NCBI GenBank assembly: GCA_027317865.1
Contig: DAHVQG010000006.1
Location: forward strand, 96,001-160,000
Reading direction: 5' to 3'
DNA from: Bdellovibrionales bacterium
Lineage (GTDB): Bacteria; Bdellovibrionota; Bdellovibrionia; Bdellovibrionales; UBA1609
Length of the DNA: 64,000 nt
The notes beneath the pieces are model-generated. The model was not told the DNA's origin, searched no databases, and was given only the letters and a program-made list of their open reading frames with translations. This document shows, piece after piece, positions 1 through 9,678 of the stretch. How positions within the stretch are numbered: position 1 is the stretch's first letter; the number at the start of each line of letters is the position of its first letter. A program made the translations under genes and the position numbers.

Positions 1-413
1 AATTCATTAAATATTATATCACGTTCGGCATCACGTACTCGTTGTGTGATAATTTGTTTCGCCGTTTGCGCGGCAATTCGGCCAAGATCACCCGTTTCAA
101 GTTTAACGCCGATTGAATCGCCCACTTGTGCTTCAGGGTCGAGATCACGCGCCTCCGTTTGTTTAATCTCAACTTCTTCGTCGATAAAATCTTCGTCCTT
201 AACTACTTCTTTAAATTCGTACAACTCGACGTCGCCGGCTTCTTCGTTATATTGAGCCTCAATGTCACGGTAGGTCCCCCACTTTTTACGTGCGGCGACC
301 AACATCCCTTGTACAACAGCATCGACAACAACTTGCTTATCGATCCCCTTATCCTTGCCCACTTGTTCGATGATGCGGCTCAATTCAGAAAACATATTGA
401 CGTTATCGGCCAT
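1..413 (-). CDS. nusA: Transcription factor NusA, N-terminal part (runs off the window start; absent from ORF track)
   Basis: Manual translation from ATG 413: MADNVNMFSELSRIIEQVGKDKGID...DLGRIAAQTAKQIITQRVRDAERD; GAGG RBS; downstream of rimP. Confidence 0.96.
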   Translation of the reverse strand, partial: MADNVNMFSELSRIIEQVGKDKGIDKQVVVDAVVQGMLVAARKKWGTYRDIEAQYNEEAGDVELYEFKEVVKDEDFIDEEVEIKQTEARDLDPEAQVGDSIGVKLETGDLGRIAAQTAKQIITQRVRDAERDIIFNE

Positions 414-470
414 GGCTTACCTCTCTGCGCGTCGGCATAGTATTGCTAACCTCACGATTTGCGCCGTCAA

Positions 471-977
471 CTAACGTTGCCTCGCGCCTTTACCTTCATC
501 GAAATCAAACACTGTTTGAGCTCGTTTGATATGTTCGTAAGGAATTTCTATTTCCACCTCTTTAATTTGCAAAAAAATCGAATCTTCGTTCGTACTCTTT
601 AATATCCCCGCCATTGAAACTCCATACTTCTCTGCACCTGGCAGCGGCGCGCAAAGAACCAATTTGACTTTGTTGCCAATCGATTTCGCGAAGTGAAGTG
701 GCTCACGCAATACCCGCTCTAATCCGGGGCTCGAAACTTCGAGTTCATACGCCCCGCCTGGTACTAAATCCTCAACATCGAGCCGCAAACTAAGAGCCTG
801 CGAAATATTGGCACATTGATCAACCGTAACTGGAGCCGCATCGCAATCCACAAAAATGCGGACCACGCGATGTTTGGCGGCACCGTGCACATCTATGGCA
901 TATAAATAGCAGCCCTCACGCGCGCATAGCTCGCTCGCCAATAGCTTTAGTTTTTCAGTCGTTTCAGAGCTCAGCAT
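471..977 (-). CDS. rimP: Ribosome maturation factor RimP
   Basis: YELEVSSPGLERVL motif; precedes nusA. Confidence 0.95.
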   Translation of the reverse strand: MLSSETTEKLKLLASELCAREGCYLYAIDVHGAAKHRVVRIFVDCDAAPVTVDQCANISQALSLRLDVEDLVPGGAYELEVSSPGLERVLREPLHFAKSIGNKVKLVLCAPLPGAEKYGVSMAGILKSTNEDSIFLQIKEVEIEIPYEHIKRAQTVFDFDEGKGARQR

Positions 978-1009
978 TAATCTTAACTACACTTTATTTC
1001 ATTTATTTC

Positions 1010-1039
1010 AAAAAAAATGAGGGCTGTTCAGGCCCTCAT
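1010..1039 (-). terminator. Intrinsic terminator or attenuator in the rimP-nusA leader
   Basis: Stem ATGAGGGC/GCCCTCAT (1017-1039) followed on the minus strand by a T run; leader attenuators upstream of rimP are known in other bacteria. Confidence 0.7.
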
Positions 1040-1067
1040 CGCGCGGAATGTTAGCAAATCCAACCGC

Positions 1068-1520
1068 TTAGCGCAAGTGTTTAAACTCAAAAACAAGCGC
1101 ACGAGCCCCGTCCGAATAATAGCGTGGGCGTTCACCGCATTTCACAAACCCCACTGCTTCATAAAAGCGGATCGCAGCTAGGTTTTCAGCGTGAACTTCG
1201 AGCCAAATTCCTTCATCTTCACGGATTTGGCTCATCAAATGTTTAATTAGGGCTCGCATCGTGCCCTTTCGATGACAGTTTAACCGCGTAGCAAGAAACA
1301 TAATTTCAGAGAAACCAGGTAATTGCCGGTAAAGGCAAAACGCGCACAGCTTGTCGTCATCGTCATAAACCCCAAACCCATGATGCTGGCCAATCTCGTC
1401 ACGAATTTTTTCGCGCGTCCAGTTACCGCCAATCGGATATTGATAATGCTGCTCGAGCTCTCGCGCGATTTCGTAGCAAGAATCGACGTGTTGTTCGGTT
1501 AAGGTAACAATAGCCGTCAT
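1068..1520 (-). CDS. GNAT N-acetyltransferase, RimI-like
   Basis: HRKGT, LEVHAENLAAIRFYEAVGF, RPRYYSDG motifs. Confidence 0.8.
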   Translation of the reverse strand: MTAIVTLTEQHVDSCYEIARELEQHYQYPIGGNWTREKIRDEIGQHHGFGVYDDDDKLCAFCLYRQLPGFSEIMFLATRLNCHRKGTMRALIKHLMSQIREDEGIWLEVHAENLAAIRFYEAVGFVKCGERPRYYSDGARALVFEFKHLR

Positions 1521-2191
1521 TCCGCCAAGTCGTTTCGAATATGATATTTCGAACGGAGCGATACAAACCAGTCCCTAAGACGTGCATCAACGCGCTGCTT
1601 GGTGAGATACGCCTTTATGGTCTCTTTAAAATTGGCGAAAGGCAGATTTTCGAATTTCAATTTGTTGGCTTCAAAATACGCTTTGGCTTCGTCATTTGAA
1701 ACCGGAATTGTCGCCGCATCCACTTTAAATTTTAAAAAATTTTTCGCGCGCAATTTAGTCTCTACAATTTCTTTGATCTCTTTGTTCGTCGGAGATAACT
1801 CGCGCCACAGAGGGTTGTTTCTTAAACGCTTTTCAACCCGCCTAACGCTTTTATTGAATTGCTTTTTTGAAACGGGTGTCGCGCCAAACGCGGCCGCTTC
1901 TTTGGCAATAGCGATTTCTAAAAGTACCGAAGTTGTTTCATGAATGAACGCGTAGCTTTTGACCTGTTGAATATGAAGCACAGGGAGCTTTTCGCTAGGG
2001 AACAATGCACCTTCAATCAACCGGTTAAGCAAAACTTCGCGAGTCGTAACAACAGTGCCGGCCACCCAGCCGGCGTTTGTCGAAATCAAACGTGAACCGG
2101 TTGCAAAAGCAGCCGCTCCAAAAGCAGTTACGCTAAGGACGAAGACAACGAGGGCGGCAATACGAGCCGCCCGATTCCCTAATCTCATCAA
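1517..2191 (-). CDS. Exported hypothetical protein, SurA-like helical fold possible
   Basis: Signal peptide; 'VSNDEAKAYFEAN' and 'LRDWFVSLRSKYHI' resemble SurA/PrsA chaperone ends. Confidence 0.55.
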   Translation of the reverse strand: MMRLGNRAARIAALVVFVLSVTAFGAAAFATGSRLISTNAGWVAGTVVTTREVLLNRLIEGALFPSEKLPVLHIQQVKSYAFIHETTSVLLEIAIAKEAAAFGATPVSKKQFNKSVRRVEKRLRNNPLWRELSPTNKEIKEIVETKLRAKNFLKFKVDAATIPVSNDEAKAYFEANKLKFENLPFANFKETIKAYLTKQRVDARLRDWFVSLRSKYHIRNDLAE

Positions 2192-3646
2192 TTAGAACAA
2201 ATATCGAATCACGAGCGATGTCAAATCGTAATTGGTCTGCTCAAGTGGCGGTATACCACCATTGTAATTGCGGTAAGCTGCCGTATTCAAAATATTTTGA
2301 CCCTCGTATTTATAGCCGACGTTCATCATGTAGCGGTAATCAACCCCCACCGAAAATTGCGGTGACACTTTAAGGTCAAGGTCGGCCACAAGACCGGCGT
2401 CAACTGCATCGGATGTTAAATTTCCAATTGATCCGCCATTGTAGTAGTTTTGATAGTAGTTGCCAAAAGTGTCTTGTAATCCTGAGTATTGCCGCCGGAC
2501 GTAATCCAGCGCTCCACCGAGGCTTGGTTGAATTCTGCCATTAAAGAAAACATAGCGTGCGGTTAAGCCGGCTGTGTATTGATCCATGTTCTGAAACACG
2601 AATGCGTCTTGAGTCAAATTGTTATTCGAATAACCAAAATCAACCGACAAATCCACGTTCGACGGAAATTTTTCCCCGAGGCTCAGCATGAATGCGCCAA
2701 ACGAGGTAACGTTTGACTGATGATAATTGATTTGGCCAAGCGTCGCGCCAACGTAATATGAAGACGCCGAAGTTTTCGGTTTTGCAATTTTAGCCAGATC
2801 TTCTTTCACCATATTTTGTACATCTTGAGGAGTGGTTGTCTCACTTGCACTAGAATTTTGACTGGTCGTCGAAGCCGTATTTTGGTTCGGTAATGCCGCC
2901 GCAGGAGCTACAACAACCACGGTCGGAGATGTGGTTGGCGCAGTTGGCGTTTGCGCCGCTGTTGGCTGAGCCGCCGTCGCTGTTGTCGCTTGTGAAATCG
3001 CCGGCATAAGTTTGTTCATTGAGTTTAAGATTTCGCGTTGCCGCTGCTCTTCCGCGGCAATTCTCGCTTGCTCAAGCTTGTCTTCGATTTTTTGTTCTGT
3101 TTGCAATTCGGTCTGTTTCTCGAGTTGCTGTAATTGTTCAGCATTCGATTCGGCTATTGGTGCCGCCTCAATAACTGTAGTCGGCTGAGTTTGCATATCC
3201 ACCGTCGATGCCGGCACCTGTTGTGGAGCAGCAGCCGTTACAGTCGGGGCAGCGACTGCAGGTGTCGCAGCACTTGCCGTCATTTGAGTTGTTGAAGGAA
3301 TAGACGTAGTTGACGGATTAGAAATTATTGATGTGTCGGTTGTCGTAGTGGTTGCGGGCGCAGAAGCCGTCGTTTGAGCCGCTGTATCAGTCGTAGTTGC
3401 TGCCGGGCTAGTTGAAGTTGCGGCCGTAGTCGACGTTGTTGTTGGCGTGGGCGCGGCCAAAGTTGTCACCGTAACGCCATCAGCAGTCACGCTATTTGAC
3501 GGTGCTGGAGTTGCGGTGCTCGTAGTTGTTGTTGCCGCAACTGTGCTTGCTCCAGTTGAAGAAGTCGAGCTGGTGGCCGCATAGCTGGCGACGGAAAAAA
3601 ATGCTACGGCTGCCAACAAGGCAATCAAACGACTATAGATTCTCAT
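2192..3646 (-). CDS. Outer-membrane beta-barrel protein with long Ser/Thr/Ala-rich N-terminus and coiled coil
   Basis: Signal peptide, low-complexity linker, alternating beta-strands, C-terminal RYLF. Confidence 0.75.
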   Translation of the reverse strand: MRIYSRLIALLAAVAFFSVASYAATSSTSSTGASTVAATTTTSTATPAPSNSVTADGVTVTTLAAPTPTTTSTTAATSTSPAATTTDTAAQTTASAPATTTTTDTSIISNPSTTSIPSTTQMTASAATPAVAAPTVTAAAPQQVPASTVDMQTQPTTVIEAAPIAESNAEQLQQLEKQTELQTEQKIEDKLEQARIAAEEQRQREILNSMNKLMPAISQATTATAAQPTAAQTPTAPTTSPTVVVVAPAAALPNQNTASTTSQNSSASETTTPQDVQNMVKEDLAKIAKPKTSASSYYVGATLGQINYHQSNVTSFGAFMLSLGEKFPSNVDLSVDFGYSNNNLTQDAFVFQNMDQYTAGLTARYVFFNGRIQPSLGGALDYVRRQYSGLQDTFGNYYQNYYNGGSIGNLTSDAVDAGLVADLDLKVSPQFSVGVDYRYMMNVGYKYEGQNILNTAAYRNYNGGIPPLEQTNYDLTSLVIRYLF

Positions 3647-3784
3647 TTTTATTTTCTCCTTCTAAAGGAATAACCGACGCATAGTAGCAAATTCTTGCGC
3701 ATAGCGTAATAGGAAAAAATTTCAACTCCCAAATTCGTTGGATCTTGCTGACTTAGCTGATAAATACCAAGTTTCGTAATTTAT

Positions 3785-3871
3785 GGCTCTGTGGTGGAAT
3801 TGGTAGACGCGCTGGACTCAAAATCCAGTGCCCGCAAGGGCGTGAGAGTTCGATTCTCTCCGGAGCCACCA
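3785..3871 (+). tRNA. tRNA-Leu(CAA)
   Basis: Acceptor GGCTCTG/CGGAGCC, anticodon arm CTGGA-CTCAAAA-TCCAG, long variable arm, GTTCGA T-loop, encoded CCA. Confidence 0.97.
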
Positions 3872-3971
3872 TCAATATACCACGCCACATTTTTTATACC
3901 CAACTGCCCATCAAACCGTTAGACTCGTTGAAAACTAAATGAAAACCCTATGTAAGAAGGAGGACCCACTC

Positions 3972-4373
3972 ATGAACGAATCGAACGTTGATTCGAATAA
4001 TGTTGCACCCGCCGACCGCCGAGATTTCTTTAAAAAAATGCTGGCCTTAGCCGGCGCCGGTGCCTTCTTTCAACTTTTTTCAAATTCAAAAGCTTTTGCA
4101 GCGCTAAAGCCGGCAACTTCACCGTCCTGCAAAGCGCCCGCTGCAGCTCTTGGTTATGTCAATAATCTTGCCGTCGCCTTGAAGAACCATAAAATTGCCA
4201 AAACGGCCAAGACTGTAAATGGCAAAACGTGGACGCCACTAGAGCAACATTGCGCCAACTGCATGTTCTTCGGTAAAAACCAAGGCAAAAATGTTCCCAC
4301 TTGTGCGTTAATGCCGCCCAGTTGCGCCGTGAGCCCCCATGGTTCATGCAATGACTGGAATGCGAAGTCATAA
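3972..4373 (+). CDS. Tat-exported high-potential iron-sulfur protein (HiPIP)
   Basis: AAGGAGG RBS before ATG 3972; Tat motif RRDFFK; LGYV, CANCMFF...C...GSCNDW ligand pattern. Confidence 0.85.
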   Translation: MNESNVDSNNVAPADRRDFFKKMLALAGAGAFFQLFSNSKAFAALKPATSPSCKAPAAALGYVNNLAVALKNHKIAKTAKTVNGKTWTPLEQHCANCMFFGKNQGKNVPTCALMPPSCAVSPHGSCNDWNAKS

Positions 4374-4416
4374 ATCACGTACCGACAATAACTAAATAAA
4401 ATAATAGAGAGGCAAC

Positions 4417-4947
4417 ATGAGATTAACAAATTTGATTTACAGCTCGTTGTGTGTGATGATTTTTGGTTTGTTTGCTCTGCCGACTGTTGGATACGCTGGA
4501 GGTATCCCACTTGGACAATCGGCTATTAACGCCGACTTAGGATTTGCACTTGGCGGAGCGGACCTTGGCGCCGACTACGAATACGGATATTCGATGAACT
4601 ACAGCGTGGGTGCGTATCTTCGTGATATCCCCGATAGTACTGGGTCGACCACGGCCAGCGGGTTAACGACTTTCGGCGCTTTTATTCGGCCGCATTTTTC
4701 AAAAGCAAATTGGGATTTTTACGTCTCTCCTGGATTTGGCTTAGTATCATACAAACAAGTCGATTCGAGCGCTAAGACCAACAATTACACTCTCTTCGGC
4801 CCATCGTTCGCAGTCGGGTTGCTCTATGAATTAACGCCCAACATGTCGGTCGGTGCCGAAGAAATGTCCATCTATGGTTGGTGGAATAGCAATGTCAGCG
4901 GGCTTTTGAATGAAGACCTGACAGCAAAGTTCCGTTATATTTTTTGA
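4417..4947 (+). CDS. Small outer-membrane beta-barrel protein
   Basis: Signal peptide, amphipathic strands, terminal RYIF. Confidence 0.75.
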   Translation: MRLTNLIYSSLCVMIFGLFALPTVGYAGGIPLGQSAINADLGFALGGADLGADYEYGYSMNYSVGAYLRDIPDSTGSTTASGLTTFGAFIRPHFSKANWDFYVSPGFGLVSYKQVDSSAKTNNYTLFGPSFAVGLLYELTPNMSVGAEEMSIYGWWNSNVSGLLNEDLTAKFRYIF

Positions 4948-4956
4948 TCAACTACT

Positions 4957-6894
4957 CTAACTGGCTTTTGCCAATTTAGAGGTCCACGCGGCAATTTGCT
5001 CTTTGATTGTCGCGTTCGTTTCGGCAAATTGCACGCCGTAACGTTTTTGCGCCTCACTCCACACGACACGCCCTTCAACTGAAACCGATTCTTTACCGTC
5101 GGGACTTCGGATCGTGAGCGCAATGATGCCGCCTTGTTCGATGAGCGCGTCGGTATTGAGCTGCACACCACCAAGGGAGATCGTGCTGATTGAACCCAAA
5201 AGTTCACGATTACCAATTCTGACTTTTACATCGGTATCAATTTTGAAACGCTCGTGCTGACGACGGTTCGCCGGGTTTTGTTGACGCAAATATCGATAGA
5301 GAACAAGCGGTGCACCGAGTATTGCGAGAATAAGAACTATCATTAGACTTGGGGCTCCGAGACCGGATGATGGACCTCCATGATTGTCATCATTGATTGC
5401 TTCGCGGATTAATCCACAACCACTTGCGGCAAGAGCCGCCGCAAATTGCTGGTCTTGAGTCGTCACCGAATAGGCTGGTTGTGTCGTTTGGACAACGGCC
5501 GTTTTTGCCGCGTCTAACGCTCTTAAAAAATTCACCCTCCCGTTCGTTTCGACTTTGCCGGCCAATAGATAACTGCCGGTAGACGAAACCGGCTCGTCGA
5601 CGTTCGCGTCGATGATTTGCTTAATTTGATAGGCCAGAAGGCCAGGCTGTTGCTCTTTCAAAAGTGCCGCAAGACCCGAAACAAAAGGCGTTGCCATGCT
5701 CGTACCGGACATCGTGGCAAAACCGCCACCCGGGTAAGTACTCAAAATGTAAACGCCCGGCGCAGCTAACGGAACCGAACTCTCGCCGAAATTCGAAAAG
5801 TAAGCCATTGTGTCCGAATCGGTCGTTGCAGCCACCGAAATGACATTCGGTACGTCGTAGTTGGCCGGGTACATTGGCGTGACATCGTTGTTGTCACTGT
5901 AGTTGCCGGCGGCCGCGACAAAAACCACACCCGCATTGTAGGCGTAGGCAATCGCTTCTTGTAATGCTTGTGAATAACTTGGTCCGCCCCACGAAGCGTT
6001 GATTATGCTCGCGCCGTTGTTGACCGCGTAATAAATCGCTTGAATCGCGTTGGCTGTTGTACCGCTGCCTGTACTGTCTAGAAATTTAAGCGGCATAATT
6101 TGAATGTTAGACGGAGTGTACGTCCCGTCGTAAATATTCTCGCCAGTACCAACGATAATTCCCGAAACGTGTGTGCCGTGACCGTTGTCATCCTGTGGGT
6201 CGTTGTCATTTGCCACAAAATTCCAACCATGGACGTCGTCAACGTAGCCATTGTTGTCGTCGTCGATCTGATTATTCGGTATCTCGCCTGGGTTTGTCCA
6301 AATAGCGTCAGCTCCTGTAAAAACGGGATGCGTGAGATCAAGGCCGGTATCGACTACGGCAACAACGACTTTTGCATTAGGGGTGACATCGCCCCAGGTG
6401 TTTGTCACGTCGATGGGGGCACTCGTTGCGAGATAACCGCTACTACTTTGCGCCGTTTGACTGGTTGACATGGCTTGAACTTCTTGAGCGCTAAATTGTT
6501 GCGATGGTGTGTCCACGGTTTGCTTTGAAAAAATATAATTTGGTTCGGCATATTGCACGTCGGGATCTTGCTCGAGTTGCTTGATAGAATTACTGACGCT
6601 CATCCCCGACGGTATCGCAAAATGATACAAATTCATGCGGCGAAAAGCTGTACGCAAACGATAGCCATTGTTATTTACCATTCGCGACAGAAATGAAGCG
6701 GCCCGGGCTCTAATTTCAGCGCGCCCCATAACACTGCTCGTTTTTAATTGCACTAAAACTTCACCGGGAACGTACCGGCTGGATTGCTGATAATTTGGCG
6801 CCGATTGTGCGGCAGATTGGCCGTGCGCGTATGAAGCGAACGAGAAAAACAGGAGCAAATAGATAAAGACTTTAAATAGGTGACGGGCCATCAT
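4957..6894 (-). CDS. S8 subtilisin-like protease with transmembrane helix and C-terminal PilZ domain
   Basis: VAVVDTG, HGTHVSG, GTSMATP triad; TM helix; RRQHER and TISLGG PilZ motifs. Confidence 0.9.
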   Translation of the reverse strand: MMARHLFKVFIYLLLFFSFASYAHGQSAAQSAPNYQQSSRYVPGEVLVQLKTSSVMGRAEIRARAASFLSRMVNNNGYRLRTAFRRMNLYHFAIPSGMSVSNSIKQLEQDPDVQYAEPNYIFSKQTVDTPSQQFSAQEVQAMSTSQTAQSSSGYLATSAPIDVTNTWGDVTPNAKVVVAVVDTGLDLTHPVFTGADAIWTNPGEIPNNQIDDDNNGYVDDVHGWNFVANDNDPQDDNGHGTHVSGIIVGTGENIYDGTYTPSNIQIMPLKFLDSTGSGTTANAIQAIYYAVNNGASIINASWGGPSYSQALQEAIAYAYNAGVVFVAAAGNYSDNNDVTPMYPANYDVPNVISVAATTDSDTMAYFSNFGESSVPLAAPGVYILSTYPGGGFATMSGTSMATPFVSGLAALLKEQQPGLLAYQIKQIIDANVDEPVSSTGSYLLAGKVETNGRVNFLRALDAAKTAVVQTTQPAYSVTTQDQQFAAALAASGCGLIREAINDDNHGGPSSGLGAPSLMIVLILAILGAPLVLYRYLRQQNPANRRQHERFKIDTDVKVRIGNRELLGSISTISLGGVQLNTDALIEQGGIIALTIRSPDGKESVSVEGRVVWSEAQKRYGVQFAETNATIKEQIAAWTSKLAKAS

Positions 6895-6899
6895 TAGTC

Positions 6900-6926
6900 T
6901 TATCGGACAAAGGCCTAGAAAATATA
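6900..6926 (-). promoter_or_regulatory. Sigma28 (FliA)-like promoter
   Basis: TATA-N15-TCCGATAA versus consensus TAAA-N15-GCCGATAA. Confidence 0.6.
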
Positions 6927-7009
6927 GGGTAAATTTTGAATTTTCGAACCGGTTTAGGCAGAAATTTTCTGCCTCATTTTAAGGCAATATCTCAAAATGA
7001 GACGTTTGG

Positions 7010-8215
7010 TTATTTTAAATACATTTTGTTAATGTGAATCGTGGAGTTTTTTGCCATTTGATAAACCCAAAGGTTTAAAATGTCGTCCACGGCCAAATTC
7101 GGCGGAAGCGCCGTCGCGTTCTCGGCAGCCAGTGTTTTTGGCTTGGTTATAATTTTAATAGGTTCAACTATATACGAGTACCCGCCTGAAGGCAGAAGAT
7201 TGCCATAAACGTGGCCAGGAGGCGTCGTTAAAACAGCGGTTATAGCCTCATCGCCTAACCCGAGTTTTGCAATATATGAATCCGCCGCCGAAACGGATCC
7301 GCCGTTCTGCCACTTTAAATGGTATTTTAGCAAAATGGATTTAAGCTGAGTCGCCGATTTGAGAGCATCCGCAAATTCAGTATTGATCTGATCCTTTTTT
7401 GTGTCGGCAATCAGTTGTCGCGCAATTTTATCTTCGACTTCTTTAAATGCCTTTTGGCGAATCGTCTTATGTCCCTTTGTTTTCGCCGCCGATAGATATT
7501 TGCTGATGTTTATTTGATACTCGGATCGTACTTGAGCTACGTTTTGAGGGTTCGATAAATATTTAGAAACCTCTGACTTTGTCACTAAATTTCTAGCAAT
7601 TTTGTCGGTATCGATTTTCACATAATTAAAATCGACCTTTGTATCCTGAACTTCATTCTGGAGGCGACCCACAAGCCCTGGCGACGACCATGACTTCATT
7701 AGCAAATTATTGAGCTGATCAACGGCAACGTCTTGACCGATTTGGCCCTCGAACTCACCAGCTGTCATCTGTTGGTTGTTGAGAAATTCCTGGTAATATT
7801 CACGATCAAACCTGCCGCCGCTCTGAAACGCCGGGATGCTAACGACGATGTCGCGAATGGCATCCACAGTCGGGAAGACTTCTGCTCGCTTGGCAGCTTG
7901 GTACAACAACTGAAAGTGAACAAGATTTCTAAGGACGTGAATCCGAAGCCGTTTATCAAGTTTTTGTTGCTCGGCATCAGACAATCCGTGCATGGGACCT
8001 TCTTCGTTTTCAAATTGTCTGAGACGGTTTTGAAATTCTCGCGCCGAAATTATTGCCCCGTTTACGGTTGCTGCTGTACCTGAACCGGAAATACCTGGAC
8101 TGTTCGTCCAAACACCGATGAATACAAATATCAGACAGATAAAACCAAAAATTATGGTATAGACAATTTTTTTAATGTCATGGCCGCGAATGGGCTTGCG
8201 CATTTTATCTAACAT
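7010..8215 (-). CDS. PpiD-like periplasmic chaperone (SurA N-terminal domain)
   Basis: MLDKMRK plus N-terminal TM; AATVNG; IPAFQSGGRFD. Confidence 0.8.
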   Translation of the reverse strand: MLDKMRKPIRGHDIKKIVYTIIFGFICLIFVFIGVWTNSPGISGSGTAATVNGAIISAREFQNRLRQFENEEGPMHGLSDAEQQKLDKRLRIHVLRNLVHFQLLYQAAKRAEVFPTVDAIRDIVVSIPAFQSGGRFDREYYQEFLNNQQMTAGEFEGQIGQDVAVDQLNNLLMKSWSSPGLVGRLQNEVQDTKVDFNYVKIDTDKIARNLVTKSEVSKYLSNPQNVAQVRSEYQINISKYLSAAKTKGHKTIRQKAFKEVEDKIARQLIADTKKDQINTEFADALKSATQLKSILLKYHLKWQNGGSVSAADSYIAKLGLGDEAITAVLTTPPGHVYGNLLPSGGYSYIVEPIKIITKPKTLAAENATALPPNLAVDDILNLWVYQMAKNSTIHINKMYLK

Positions 8216-8296
8216 GTCAGAATCCTCGCTTCTTTTCTAAAGTGTTGCAAGTGAAAATCTTGCTGATTGGCGCGAGAGCGAATAACCTAGGACATA

Positions 8297-9139
8297 GTGA
8301 ACTTTTTAAGTCGAAAAACCCTTATTGTAGCGGCGCTCATCGCAATCCCCCTATTTTCTGTGAACATGCAATTGCGCTCTAAAAGTACGCCATGGGTGTT
8401 GATGCCGTTTTACTTTGCCAGTTCGGCAATTCAAAATGGTTATGCAAAGTTCAGTTTTGGGGTGCGCAGTACAACAGATCTATACTTGAATTTGATTAAC
8501 GTAAAAAAAGAGAACCGTATTTTACGTCAAAAGCTTGCCGAGTATGAAGCCCAACAAGGTGCAAATACGGAGTTAAAGCTTGAAAACGAGCGGCTCAATA
8601 AGCTCCTCGATTTTCGCCGAAAAACGAATATGCACCTGTTGGCGGCGCACATTATCGGACGCGATATTTTCACCGATTACCACACGATTACTATTGATCG
8701 CGGCAGCTATGATGGAGTGAAGCGAGGCATGGGCGTCATCGCGATAAACGGCGTTGTCGGTTATGCCATCGAGATTGAACCGCATACCTCCAAAATTTTG
8801 TTAATAACGGACCGCAATGCCGTCGTCGACGCAATAGTTCAACGGTCGCGGGCTCACGGAATTCTGCAAGGGCTTAATAGAGATACCTGCGAGATCACAT
8901 TCATTAAACGATCTGATGACGTCAAAGTAGGCGATACTATTATTACCAGCGGGCTCGACAATTATTTCCCGAAAGGTTTTCCGATCGGTACGGTGACAAG
9001 CGTCAGCCGCGATCAATATGGTCTTGGGCAAAACGTATTGGTGCGTCCAGTCGTCGACGCCGCCGATCTTGAAGAGGTCTTCGTGATTCTCAATGCGAAC
9101 TACCAAAATTTAGAAAATCTGACTGCTGAAGGTAACTGA
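8297..9139 (+). CDS. mreC: Rod shape-determining protein MreC
   Basis: ENERLNKLL, ITIDRGSYDGV, TSGLDNYFPKGFPIG. Confidence 0.95.
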   Translation: MNFLSRKTLIVAALIAIPLFSVNMQLRSKSTPWVLMPFYFASSAIQNGYAKFSFGVRSTTDLYLNLINVKKENRILRQKLAEYEAQQGANTELKLENERLNKLLDFRRKTNMHLLAAHIIGRDIFTDYHTITIDRGSYDGVKRGMGVIAINGVVGYAIEIEPHTSKILLITDRNAVVDAIVQRSRAHGILQGLNRDTCEITFIKRSDDVKVGDTIITSGLDNYFPKGFPIGTVTSVSRDQYGLGQNVLVRPVVDAADLEEVFVILNANYQNLENLTAEGN

Positions 9140-9678
9140 TGCGCGAGGTTAGCTACCGAGTTTTAAATTACTTATTCTTTGTGCTACTTGCCGAGCTACT
9201 GGCGGGTTTTCAAGCGTCGCTTTGGTTGCACGTTTTCGGCTATTTCCCGAGCCCTTATGCGTGGGTAGCGGTGCTCATTTATTGGGCGCTTTATCGGTCG
9301 ATCTATGAAGCCATAATCATGAGTTATTTGGTCTCATTTACAGTAGCGACAATGACCGGGGCTCCACTAATATCTGTCGTCGGTGTCAATCTAACTGTAT
9401 TGGGAATAATTTTATTGTTGCGAAATCGCATTCTCTGGTCTGGGCCAAACTCTTTTATGCTGGCTGCCGGGATATCGGCCCTCGTCATACCAATTGTTAG
9501 CTTTGCCCTATCGTATTTTGTCGACCGTCGACCGGCCGATGAGTTTTATTATTACGATTGGATTTTGCGCGGCCTTTTGACTTCCGCGTTTTCGTTACCG
9601 TTGTATTATCTATTCGGATTTGTAGATCGCATGACTCAGCGAGAACCCCCGAAAGACACCGAATCGGAGGTCGTGTGA
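9139..9678 (+). CDS. mreD: MreD-like membrane protein
   Basis: Multi-TM protein between mreC and mrdA. Confidence 0.7.
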   Translation: MREVSYRVLNYLFFVLLAELLAGFQASLWLHVFGYFPSPYAWVAVLIYWALYRSIYEAIIMSYLVSFTVATMTGAPLISVVGVNLTVLGIILLLRNRILWSGPNSFMLAAGISALVIPIVSFALSYFVDRRPADEFYYYDWILRGLLTSAFSLPLYYLFGFVDRMTQREPPKDTESEVV

